This document shows, piece after piece, positions 37,006 through 48,655 of a stretch of 64,000 bases of DNA. A program made the position numbers and the translations under genes. Numbering within the stretch: position 1 is the stretch's first letter; every line of letters begins with the position of its first letter. The stretch lies in assembly GCA_951406725.2 (NCBI GenBank), contig OX597814.1:172050001-172114000 (forward strand), given 5' to 3'. The notes under the pieces were generated by a model. That model searched no databases, was not told the DNA's origin, and saw only the letters and a program-made list of their open reading frames with translations. Source of the DNA: Octopus vulgaris. Taxonomy: Eukaryota.

Positions 37006-37916
37006 TCTTCTAGAATTCGAAACCAATATTATTCGAATGGCATATATATTTTTAGTAGTTACTTACATCACTGTAATTTCTAAGTTCAAATCCCAGTGGG
37101 GACGATAAAATAAGCACGACTCAAGTATTTTAGTCAATTAGATCAACAAATTGTGGACATCTGCAAAGTTAGACATAAAAATATCATTGCTTCAGTTTTA
37201 CTTAGACTACAGATGGAATGATGAACATCACCACAGCTCATTTGTATTTCACAAGAGACTACAGGGCCATGTGGTTGCAGCCAAGTTTATAGAAATTAAT
37301 AAACACTGATGCAAATGTTATGGCAGCTATTGATGTTGTTGTTTTTGTTGTTGTTGTTGTTGTAACTCTTACAACTGTTACTGCTGTTGGCATTGTTACT
37401 GTTGTTTTCGTTGCTGTTATTGTTGGTTTTTCCATTACCGTTATTTGTGTTGTTTGTTGTTCAATGAACTCGTTTCATTTCTCAGTAGGATAACTGGAGG
37501 CAGAGTCATTTGGCAGAAAATTTCAATGCTGAAACCTTCGCCGTGTTCGCTTCTCAGCTGTGGAGCTTGGGAGAGTTTGTGAGACAGAATTCCTACAAGC
37601 TGAACCGTGAACATCAAAACTTCATTCATGACTGCACCTTGTCGGATCACTGATGTTCAATACATGAAATAATGGATTTTCTATAAAGCAAGCCAAACAC
37701 ACGCGCCTTCTATCCGCCATTTTACTATATGTGGTTTCCAGTTTTCCCCATCTTTCCCTCTCATTCTTATTCACATTGCGTCTCTTTTTCCACTTGTCCT
37801 GCCCGCCCCCCTCTCTCTCTCTCTCCCGCGCACACATTCAACATAACCTCATACACGCACACACACACACATATATAAGAATGTATATATGCATATAGAT
37901 GTATGTGTATATAAAT

Positions 37917-37973
<57 letters not shown>

Positions 37974-38063
37974 CATATTCATCATATATATACATATATA
38001 TATGTATACATATTCATCATATATATATCTAATGTCATTTCTCTCTATCACCTTCTCACCTTC

Positions 38064-38105
<42 letters not shown>

Positions 38106-38261
38106 TCAGGCGCGCGCACAGACGCAGGCATACATCAAGTAATAAAAAAAATATATATGTAGTAATGAAAACAATACCAAAACAAAGCAAACCGAATCTT
38201 ATGCCCCTCCACTGAGACGCAGACCCCCACAAACACAAATAAACATACACACACACATACA

Positions 38262-38308
<47 letters not shown>

Positions 38309-38472
38309 TCCAACTCTTATGCAACTCAACTTCTTTCCCGATCAGTTTCGGGATATTCTCTCTGATATTACCCATTTACCATTCTCCACAAACTTAATGT
38401 TTGAAGGAAAGTGATCGGAAGACACATACGCACACACACATACACACACACATACATACATACATACATGCG

Positions 38473-38521
<49 letters not shown>

Positions 38522-38686
38522 CATACATACACACATACATATATACATACCTACATACCTATCTACCTATCTACATACATACATGCGTTATATATATATA
38601 TATACATGCGTTTTAACATATATATATATATGTATATAAAAATGATATATGTGTGTATGTGCATACATATTTAAATAATTATGTAA

Positions 38687-38758
<72 letters not shown>

Positions 38759-38873
38759 GCATATACAAATATGCATGTGTATTTATTAGCACGCACACAT
38801 GCACTCGCATATAAACATACACATGATCGCACACACATATACACTTACGTATGTGCACGTTACACTTACTTAC

Positions 38874-39087
38874 GTCTTTCCGGAGACCAACAACTTTCTC
38901 GCTCCGGCTTTGGCTTCTCGCTGGAGAATCTCAACGTGAAGAATACTTTGCTGCCAATATAGTGTTGCGAATATTCTGATAGGGTGGGAGTGGTGGTGGT
39001 GTTCGGTGTGTTGTTGTTGTTGTGGTGGTGGTGGTGGTGGTGGCGGTGGTGGTGGGTTGGCACGAAACAACCGACAAACGCAGTGAG
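38874..39087 (-). other. Candidate spliced exon (214 nt) of an unidentified host transcript
   Basis: Minus strand acceptor tcatcttgtttacag| and donor |gtaagt enclose unique sequence plus (CAC)/(AAC) runs. Two frames are open and no protein is recognisable. Confidence 0.35.
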
Positions 39088-39452
39088 CTGTAAACAAGAT
39101 GAGACTAGCAGGGTTGGTGCGGTCTCTCTAAGCTAATACAACCAGCAGAGTGACATTGCTTAATGCAATGCACGATAAAATGCGTTGCTGAATACACTTG
39201 GAGTCAGTCGTGTGTCAGACGAAATCTCGAGAAATGCCGTCTTCGCTGTATATCTGCCTGTCTGTCTGTCCTGTCTACCTGTTTGTGTGTCTGCCTGCAT
39301 ATGTATGTGTGAGAGTGTATCAGAGCGTGTGCGTATGTGTGTGTGTGAGAGATAAAAAGAGAGAGAGGAGGAGAGATACAGAGAGACAGAGAGACAGAGA
39401 GAGAGAAAGAGCGTATGTGTCAGTCTTCATGAATGACAGATTGACTGGCTGA

Positions 39453-39522
<70 letters not shown>

Positions 39523-39566
39523 GCCTGTATGTATCTACATAACTATATCTCACTCTCTTTGCATAT

Positions 39567-39641
<75 letters not shown>

Positions 39642-39901
39642 TGTGAGGGTATTGTGTATATATTCTCCTTAGGGTTGGTTGTAACGCCAGTTCATCGCAT
39701 GACCATTCATTTCAACCAGCTGGGTAGACCGGAGGAATATGAAATGAAGCGTTTGGCTCAAGTACACAACAGATCGAAAGATTCAAGATTCAAGAAACGA
39801 AAACACAATCTTACAATCATGACTGTAGGACATTTACTACTAAACCACGCGCTGTCCACTATACATACATACATACATACATACATACATACATACATAC
39901 A

Positions 39902-39935
<34 letters not shown>

Positions 39936-39967
39936 ATCAAAATAAGCAAGAAGGATATCTAGAGGTA

Positions 39968-40056
39968 ATGCAGTACGATCGTTTCATGCAACTCCATTTA
40001 ATTAAACAAGGCAATCATTACATCAATTTAAAATGCAGAGCAATCTTCAGCTGCAC
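39968..40056 (-). ncRNA. Type I hammerhead ribozyme motif in an element of about 240 bp between (TACA)n and (TA)n
   Basis: Minus strand: gtgcag-CTGAAGA-TTGC..(long AT loop)..GCAT-GAAA-CGATCG-TA-ctgcat. Stem III is the perfect palindrome ACGATCGT. Confidence 0.72.
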
Positions 40057-40175
40057 AAAAACATAAATTTAATTAAATTAGAACATAAGGAAATATTAGT
40101 ATAATTATACCTAAAATCTCCAAGAAGTTAAGGAGATAGACAAAGAACATGCTGTTCTTACTCCAGCATAGAAGT

Positions 40176-40215
<40 letters not shown>

Positions 40216-40352
40216 ACTTTCTTAATCTACTACACCCATAGAAAAGGAAAATAATTGGCTTAATAGTAATTCTTGTTATAGACAAGGGAACGTTTCATGG
40301 AGACGGTTAATGGTTGCTAAATAAGTGGCGAATTCGACAAATTTTAGAATTA

Positions 40353-40865
40353 TCTATATATATAAAACTGTAGTTGTGTGAGTGTCTGTCCCCTTCGATT
40401 TAGATTCCTAACTACTCCCACATTTTGTGCAGCAGTTTAACCAAAACCGGGTATCTTATAGTCGTGATTCATATCGAGCTCGTCTGAGTACTAGCGCGCG
40501 TCTACGATGAGTCTACGATTTTAAAAATAATTTAACATCATTTTTTATTCCATTTTAATGCATAATTTTTCGTGTGTCGATGGCGGCGGAGTTGGCGTCC
40601 ATGGTCACACCTGCACCTGTTTGCTTCTCCCCCTTCTTCCCTCCCTCGTGAAGCTGTGGGGAAGGGAGTGTAAGGAAATCAACGTCGTAAAGCGTTGTCA
40701 AGGAGACCAGCATTCTTTTAGAACAACGACTTCATGGCTTGAAGACACCAAAACAGAAATGGCTAAGAAAGCCCGAATTGGCATCTATAAGGGAAGTAAC
40801 TCTCTAAAAATGCTTATATAGTTATTTCCCTTACAAACCCGAGCAACGCCGGGCGATACTGCTAG
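40353..40865 (+). mobile_element. Non-autonomous Helitron carrying an extra GC-richer segment of about 225 bp
   Basis: A|TC start, cccgagcaacgccggg hairpin, CTAG|T end. The segment 40563-40787 is absent from the sister copies. Confidence 0.9.
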
Positions 40866-41211
40866 TTATTATTAAAATCATCGTACATGATCAGACCATC
40901 TCCACTTTATGTCTTCTTTCAAATTTTAAATCAGTTTGTATTTTGATATTCTCTTAATGACTTTCCAAAAATTATCACTAACTCTAATGTCATTTAATTG
41001 ATTAAACTTTTTCTGTTTTTTTTTTTGTTTTGTTTACTCATTGTATATTATTTACCATGGCTTAAGTATATGTTCTATATGCAGACAGTAACTTAGGGAA
41101 AATTTCTATCTACATGTAAATACTTGTCCAGTTGTCTACCTGCTTATTCTTCTCTCTTCGTATATTTTGCCTATCTGACTACCTATTGATACAAGTATGT
41201 ATAAAAACATA

Positions 41212-41606
41212 TCTTTATATATAAAAGTAAGGTTGTGTGTCTGTCTACTCCGATTTAGATTCCTAACTACTTCCACATTTTGCGGTGCAGTTTAACCAAA
41301 ACCGGGTATCTTATAGTCGTGATTCATATCGAGCCCTTCTGGATATTAGCGCGCGTCTACGATGAGTCTACGATTTTAAAAATAATTTGCCATCATTTTT
41401 TTCCATTTTAATGCATATCTTTTTTAAATATAAGGGAAGTAACTCTCTAAAGATGTCTACGATGAGTCAACGATTTAAAAAAAATTTACCATCATATTTT
41501 TTTCATTTTTAATGCATTTTTTTGCTATTTTTTGGCTATAACTCTCTAAAAATGCTTTATAGTTATTTCCATTACAAATCCGAGCAACGCCGGGCGATAC
41601 TGCTAG
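41212..41606 (+). mobile_element. Non-autonomous Helitron
   Basis: A|TC start and hairpin plus CTAG|T end. Near-identical to the 26402 copy. Confidence 0.9.
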
Positions 41607-41835
41607 TATTGTATAAATAATTATCTATTACCTCCATCTGCGCCAACATTAGCGGCAACGATAATATTAGCAATCTGACCCACAATTCCTACAAAAACAA
41701 CGACAGCAATAAGATCAAAGAACGAAATAAGGTGGCTAGGAAGCCTATACGCAGTCAATCTGCTCTATCTTCCTTAAAAAACTACATTTTTAGGATAAAC
41801 TAAAAATAACAAAAAAATAAATAAAAGGTCTGGTC

Positions 41836-42697
41836 AATTTCTTTATTAACCATGAGGTTGAGAAAAAGAGGGGACGATACGAGGACAGACAAAACAAACA
41901 TTGGGGTTAGGTAATCGAATGAGACGAAACATATGAATAAACGAACAATTAAAATATACACAATTAAATGAGGATGAGTGAGTTACAAAAAATGAAGCGG
42001 AGGACGTTGTTGACCCCACAAACCGCATACACTGAAGACTTTGCTTTCTCTTTTTTATATTCTCGTTTAGACAAGTTCTTTCACTCGCAACATACTTGCT
42101 ATGGACTTCCATCTTTTACGAAACATACTTTGTGACAGGCATTTCTTCTCCAGCCTTATTTTTCGTTTCATGTGGAAGATGAAAAGGTCGATTAGCTCGA
42201 GACTGGAGATGAACATGCCTGTTGCAATTCCTTTCACACTCGTCTTCCATACTACCTTTTTCGCAATAGCAACTACGGAGAGAAAACAGGCTCACTCCTC
42301 CCTATTCATGGAGATCAGCGGAACGATCTTAATTAAAGATTCGCTCGACAGTTGTAATCTTCTCGAATTCGACAGCAGGTGTTCGACATAAGTCCAGAGT
42401 TCAGTCACCTTGGGGCATTGCACAATCGCGTGCAGGACAGTTTCACTGTCCTGCTCGCATATTGCACAAATCGGCGAAGGCGCACACTCATGTCTAAAGA
42501 GCTTATCTCGAACCGGTAAAGCTCCTCTGTAACTTTGCCAGGCCAGGCCAGGGACTTTTGGTAATTATCCATGGCCCCGGCCCGAATGTTCTTTGGAATA
42601 GGTTGGCCAGATTATCTTCGTCGAAGCCTGGGGTTTCACCTAGGACGTCGTCACACTTGAACTCTACTAACCCTCTATAGAAGAACGAGGTAGAATG
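41836..42697 (-). mobile_element. 3' fragment of an L1/Tx1-clade LINE (ORF2 C-terminal zinc finger plus 3' UTR)
   Basis: Minus translation: FYRGLVE..LFQRTFGPG..WQSYRGALPVRDKLFRHECAPSPICAICEQDSETVLHAIVQCPKVTELW..VAIAKKVVWKT..FRKRW..LV* (stop 42067-42069). CxxC..H..C is zf-RVT-like. The UTR ends aataaagaaat. Confidence 0.85.
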
Positions 42698-42770
42698 CGT
42701 CGCCGGGAATCGAACTCAAGATATTATGATCGAGAGCCGAATACCTCTAACTACTAAGCCATACGTCTTC
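42698..42770 (-). mobile_element. tRNA-like SINE head abutting the Tx1 fragment
   Basis: Minus strand gaagacgtatggcttagtagttagagg..gagttcgattcccggcgacgc has A and B boxes. Confidence 0.6.
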
Positions 42771-43535
42771 GATAAACGACTGCGTCAATACAAATAACAT
42801 TAACAGACACGGCAACAGCAACAGCAATAACAAACACAAACAAATGCATTCCCTCACTAATGCCTGTTTTTTTCCTTTCTTGTTGAATCCACCAAATGTT
42901 GGTGGGTAATGGAGGACATTTTTTTTTATCTGATTTTTGTATTTATTCGATTGCGACTGCCTTTTTCATTTTCATTTTACTTCGTCAGACAGACAGGCCT
43001 CCCCTGCTTCAGTTTTAAAAGCCAGGACCTGGTACTGAGATATTCCAATCGGCTCACTTGAGCACCTTCGACGCCTTGCGTATTTCTAGACTACGTGACT
43101 AGGTTTCGATTAAGTGATATCGCTGTCTTGAATTCCATTTTGGTACGATGCGAAAAGTTCAGTTAGTCTACTATTACTTTCCTGATACGAAAATTCTTTA
43201 CCCTTCCGTCGTCCGAACTTGGAAACTTAATCTCTCCCTTCTTTCTTCTTCCCCTTCTCTACCTTTTGTTGGTCTCTTTGTTGTTGTCATTGCTGCTGTT
43301 GTTGTTGTTATTGTTGTTGTAGTTGGTGATGGTGGTAGTGGTGGTGGTAGTGGTAATAGTAGTAGACGAGTGGGTCTGCAGTTGCTATTGTAATTAAGTT
43401 TATGGTGTGATCGTGAGTGTGTTTGTGGAAGTATGTATTTCTGATTGTGTGATTATATATCGTGCATTGATATACATTTGCACATATGTATATACGTATA
43501 CATATGCATACATGTGTGTGTGTGTTTTTGAATGA

Positions 43536-43677
<142 letters not shown>

Positions 43678-43786
43678 GTGTATATATGTATATATATATA
43701 TGTATATAGATAGATAGATAGATAGACAGATAGATATAGATATATAAAAGTATATGTGTATATGAGCGTGTGAATTTGTACAATCA

Positions 43787-43966
<180 letters not shown>

Positions 43967-44474
43967 TCAGTTGGTTGTCTCTGCTTTGATTGAGATTTAC
44001 TCTGACATAAACTGACGTCTACATATCACACACACACACACAAACACACACACAGACACACACACACAGACACACACACACAGACACAAACACACACATA
44101 CACACACATGTAAAGAAACAGCTATACATTCTTCTGTTACTATGAAAAAATAACTAGATATTTTATCTCGTTTTGTTTCACCTACGCAGTTTTACGTTGG
44201 CGGAACTTTACTTCTATTGGTGATCGTAATATTTGTGTTTGTTCTTAAGTAAAATATTAGTGAAAAATGGATACATTTCTACTATGTCTTTCAAGCCGAA
44301 CTCTTTAAGAATATCCGCCCTCCGGGTTAAGTCACGCTGCGCGGAACCTTGGGCAGTGTCTTCGGCTATAATCTTGGGCCAATCAAAACTTTGTGAGAGA
44401 ATTTGTTAGACGGGAACTGTGTAGAGCCAACTATAAGTGTGTGTGTTGTGTTATGTAGTGTGTGTGGATACACT

Positions 44475-44515
<41 letters not shown>

Positions 44516-44663
44516 ATATCTGTGTGTGTGAATACACTCATATATATATATATATATATCCGTAATAATGAAGGGTGAAATTAATTAATTTGGAATAATT
44601 ATCAATTACACCAAGTAGTCTTCGGCATGTAAAAGCCTCATTTGAGGAAAATTTAAGTAATAC

Positions 44664-44931
44664 TAAGCAATAAAGGGTTTAGCAACTAGTTGCCTTACCA
44701 CATACCGAATTTAGAAATAGCAGTCAAAGAGTTATAGCTATTTCTTCTACTAAAGGGAGATCTCAGTAAAAACAGCAATTGGAAGGCAGACACAAACAGG
44801 TTTGTGTCTGCCTTCCAATTGCTGTTTTTACTGAGATCTCCTTTTAGTAGAAGAAATAGCTATAACTCTTTGACTGCTATTTCTAAATTCGGTATGTGGT
44901 AAGGCAACTAGTTGCTAAACCCTTTATTGCT

Positions 44932-44933
<2 letters not shown>
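44664..44933. repeat. Near-perfect palindrome, 134-bp arms, 2-nt spacer
   Basis: 44664-44797 versus 44800-44933, one mismatch seen. Confidence 0.95.
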
Positions 44934-44966
<33 letters not shown>

Positions 44967-45038
44967 TTAGGGAATAAATCCAAATTTACAGGGAAAAAAA
45001 TCAGATTTAGGATTAAATCCAATTTTATAGTAAAATAT

Positions 45039-45340
45039 TATAAAATATTATTAGAGACAAAACCACTATTTTGTAAAACAAACAAGGAAAGACTTAATCA
45101 ATACATAAAATTTTAATAAATAGTCAAAAAAACCGCCACTACAATCGCTTCTTGTCTTGATCGACAATCTTCAGGTGGACTTCAATAATTTGAAACTGAC
45201 TTATTGAAGTCCACCTGAAGATTGTCGATCAAGACAAGAAACGATTGTAGTGGCGGTTTTTTTGACTATTTATTAAAATTTTATGTATTGATTAAGTCTT
45301 TCCTTGTTTGTTTTACAAAATAGTGGTTTTGTCTCTAATA

Positions 45341-45350
<10 letters not shown>
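45039..45350. repeat. Near-perfect palindrome, 150-bp arms, 12-nt spacer
   Basis: 45039-45188 versus 45201-45350, with a substitution at 45148/45241. Confidence 0.95.
45211..45253 (+). ncRNA. Minimal type I hammerhead ribozyme with complete core; mirror copy on the minus strand at 45136-45178 has GAAG
   Basis: ccac-CTGAAGA-TTGTC-gatcaa-GACAA-GAAA-CGATTG-TA-gtgg. Confidence 0.82.
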
Positions 45351-45371
<21 letters not shown>

Positions 45372-45609
45372 TGTGAGTTGAATTAAGCAAACACTATATA
45401 TGAGAGAGATTTTCTTTAAGTATTAGAAATAGTTTTAAAAAAGTTTTTTAGCTGCTATTTCTAATGAGTTCAGTATGCGGCAAAGTAATTTATTTTACTA
45501 AGCCCTTTTATATAATGTAATAATTTGAATTCGCCTTAAATGGTCCCTTTGCATACTGAACACTTGGTGAAATTGATTAATAATTAATTAATTTTACCCT
45601 CAATTGTTG

Positions 45610-45696
<87 letters not shown>

Positions 45697-46607
45697 ATAT
45701 GTATTTACAGGTATGTGTCTTTTGCTTTTTGTTATCTCGGATACCTCACTTGGCAACTGATGTTAACTTAGCGTTTCGGTAAAAGGACCATAGAATAAGT
45801 AACAGACCTTAGAATAAGTGTCGGAGCTCATCTCTTCCACTAAATACCACAAGGCAGTGCCCACAGCATGACTGCAGTCCAATGACTGGAATAAATAAAA
45901 GATGAAGATAAAAGATATTCAATCAGATCCATCCCTATGTGATCTGTCGGCTATGCCTGCTACAACACTGACGCTAAGCTATATCGACCCTAAAGTGGCG
46001 GCTTTTTCCTTGGACAGCATAGGTGGCGTGATTATAGGAAGTCCTCATCCTTAGGCAACCACCAACCTTCTACAAAAACATCTTTCACAGGCCTATGCCG
46101 GCAAATGCAGATATATGATCAGCCTTGACCGACGGAAAGCTTTCTCCAGTGAGGTAGTGTGATCTTAGGAGTAAGGGAGTAGTTATAGTTTAAGGGAAAA
46201 TCACTAACAACGACTGCATTACAAAATACGCTAATTTGGTTGTACGAAGGGGACAGAATGGATGTGGAGGATCAGGACACGGTAAATGGAGCAGTATGGA
46301 GCACCCCAAACCCTTTGTTAGACCAAACCCTTCTTTACTGATAAGATCAACGCGGTTGATGGTGATTAGAAAATTCTGAAGGATGAGGTTGAGGGTTGTG
46401 GTCGTTGTCGTAACTTGTTTCGGCTCTGATCAAGTAAACATATGGTCAAAAGTATCTTAGTTATGATAATTGTGTCATTTATTGAAGTCTCTTCCTCAAC
46501 ATCATCTGTTTCGGTTTTCACCGTAAGGGAATGTCTAAGCGATGATGGTTATTTTTTACTTCGCTGAGATAACGTCAGCATCTAACACTGTATGTCTTTA
46601 AATTCTT

Positions 46608-47016
46608 TGATCTTTTCGGTTTGAACGGCAGTTTTTCTAGCGGTGTCATATGAAATTGTCACCCATAATTATGACCCTAGTATCGATCTATTGCATTTCA
46701 ATCTGTTTTAGGGTTAGGGTGGGGGGAAGGGTGTATTTTTTCTTCACAAATATAAATAAACCCAATCTGTTTCTTAAACGAGGGACATATTCATACAGCA
46801 CAGAATGTTTTCCCCTTAACAGACGTCATTGATTGGTTGAAATTGCAGAAATTGAAGAAAAAACAACAACAAATATCTTACAAACTATAGAATTTTCTCA
46901 ATAAAGCCAAGAGAAAAAGATGTTTTATAAACACATTCTACAAGTATACGAAGTTTAAAAGTGTTTAGTTACGTGGAAATTATAAAAAAAAACTGCCGTT
47001 CAAACCGAAAAGATCC
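46608..47016. mobile_element. MITE with TIRs of about 29 bp and 8-bp TSD (Merlin- or MuDR-like)
   Basis: gatcttttcggtttgaacggcagttttt / aaaaactgccgttcaaaccgaaaagatcc. TSD aaattctt at 46600-46607 and 47017-47024. Confidence 0.88.
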
Positions 47017-48609
47017 AAATTCTTTTTAAATTAGGAAATATATGTTTTTTATTGGCAAAAATTCATTCAACACAATAAGACTCTCTACCTTGATAGGGTA
47101 CAATGCTATATTCCATTTCTCCAAATCATGTCAATTCAAAACTAACATTTTTGAACGTAAAATATTATCAGTTGAAATTAGCTGCTCATTATTTATTTAT
47201 TCATACATTCAATCCGACGAGCTTGTAGACCGATAGAAAAAAATGCTTTACGATATTTGTTCTGACACTTTAGGTTCTGAGTTCAAATTTTAGCAGTGCC
47301 AGTAAGGTAACCACAAGGCGATCGCTTGATCCGTTAAAATAAACAACCATATCGCATTCAAATTTAAACAAAAGAAGATGCGTTCGGTAATGCTGTCTTC
47401 AAAATTTGCACTTAATTTGCAAGAGCCAATGGTAGAAGAGAATAAGAAGTGGATGTATTGCAAGGAATATATTGTGGTGGGACAGTTTATTAAAGATATT
47501 TTGCATAAAGTTTACAATTTGTTAATAAAATTCGTTAAATGACGTTATTAAATTAACTCAGATATGATGTTTTAACTTGTACGAGGACAAGAGACCTTCG
47601 AACGAAGCCTTTGCTGACACTTTCAGAATGATTTGGTTAATTCAGTTGATTTTTCAAATCTAATGTTTTTTATGTTGTTAACTATGAAGGGGAAAGTGTA
47701 AGCAAAAGATTTGATGGGAGCTGGTGGTGAATATTTTGATATTGCAATTCTGGCCTGTTACAGAACAGATATCCGAGTGTGAAATACTGTAGGAATAACT
47801 AACAGAGGTAACACGGATGCATAAATGGAGGCTACGAAAGTGGAGGATGGTGATTCACATAACGTTTGTTTATAGATGCAATAACCATCGTAACGTTGTA
47901 AAAGAGATAGATTAGGGATATAATAGATTCTAGAGTTAGTGATTTCAGTCTGTTGATGAGATTAGATTTTAGTATTCAACTTTAGAACAATGAATTTAAA
48001 GCACCAATCAATGGGTGATTAGGAAAGGACCAACAAAGAACCCATAAATAAAATAGAATAAAATAAAATAACTTAGAAATTGAATTAATTCTTCGGAACA
48101 CAGGTGCAAGTAAAGAAAATTGACATTTGAAAAAGAACTTAGAGTTAATCCTGAAAAGTAAGTCTAAGAGACAAATTAATCAAATGTAAAGTTAAGTCAG
48201 CAAACGTTTATATTGTGAATAAATCTTGATCCATTGTTAGTTATCAATCAGACGATTATAGATGATTGATTAAAGCAACAGTAGATATAATTCCCTTTAT
48301 AGTTAATCTGCAGAGAAGTTCAACAGTCAGTGGCCCTGGTTTCAGAGATTTCAAATGGGTTAATTTTCGATGGAAGTCAATAAAGGTGATGAAAACTTTG
48401 GCGTTAAGAAGCGACTAGAGATCACTTACAGAGTTAATCTGCTATTTCTTGACGTAGATGACACCTTGTCAAAACAGTAAATGGCCGACTATCTATGTAC
48501 TTGTATGTACGAATGTATGTTGCGTCCATATGACCACGCACATGCAATAGCGAATAACATATAAACATTATTCGTTATATGCTGTTCATGCACACACACA
48601 ACCAAATTT

Positions 48610-48655
<46 letters not shown>

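Larger units (their letters stand above)
44320..45915 (+). mobile_element. Old family B SINE whose internal (TA)n has accumulated three inserted elements
   Basis: 5' half about 44320-44430 (accttgggcagtgtcttc) and 3' half about 45710-45915 (cagcatgactgcagtccaatgactgga). Confidence 0.65.

Noticed and set aside
46707-46720. TTAGGG x2 telomere-like repeat
   Set aside because: Only two units, inside a MITE.
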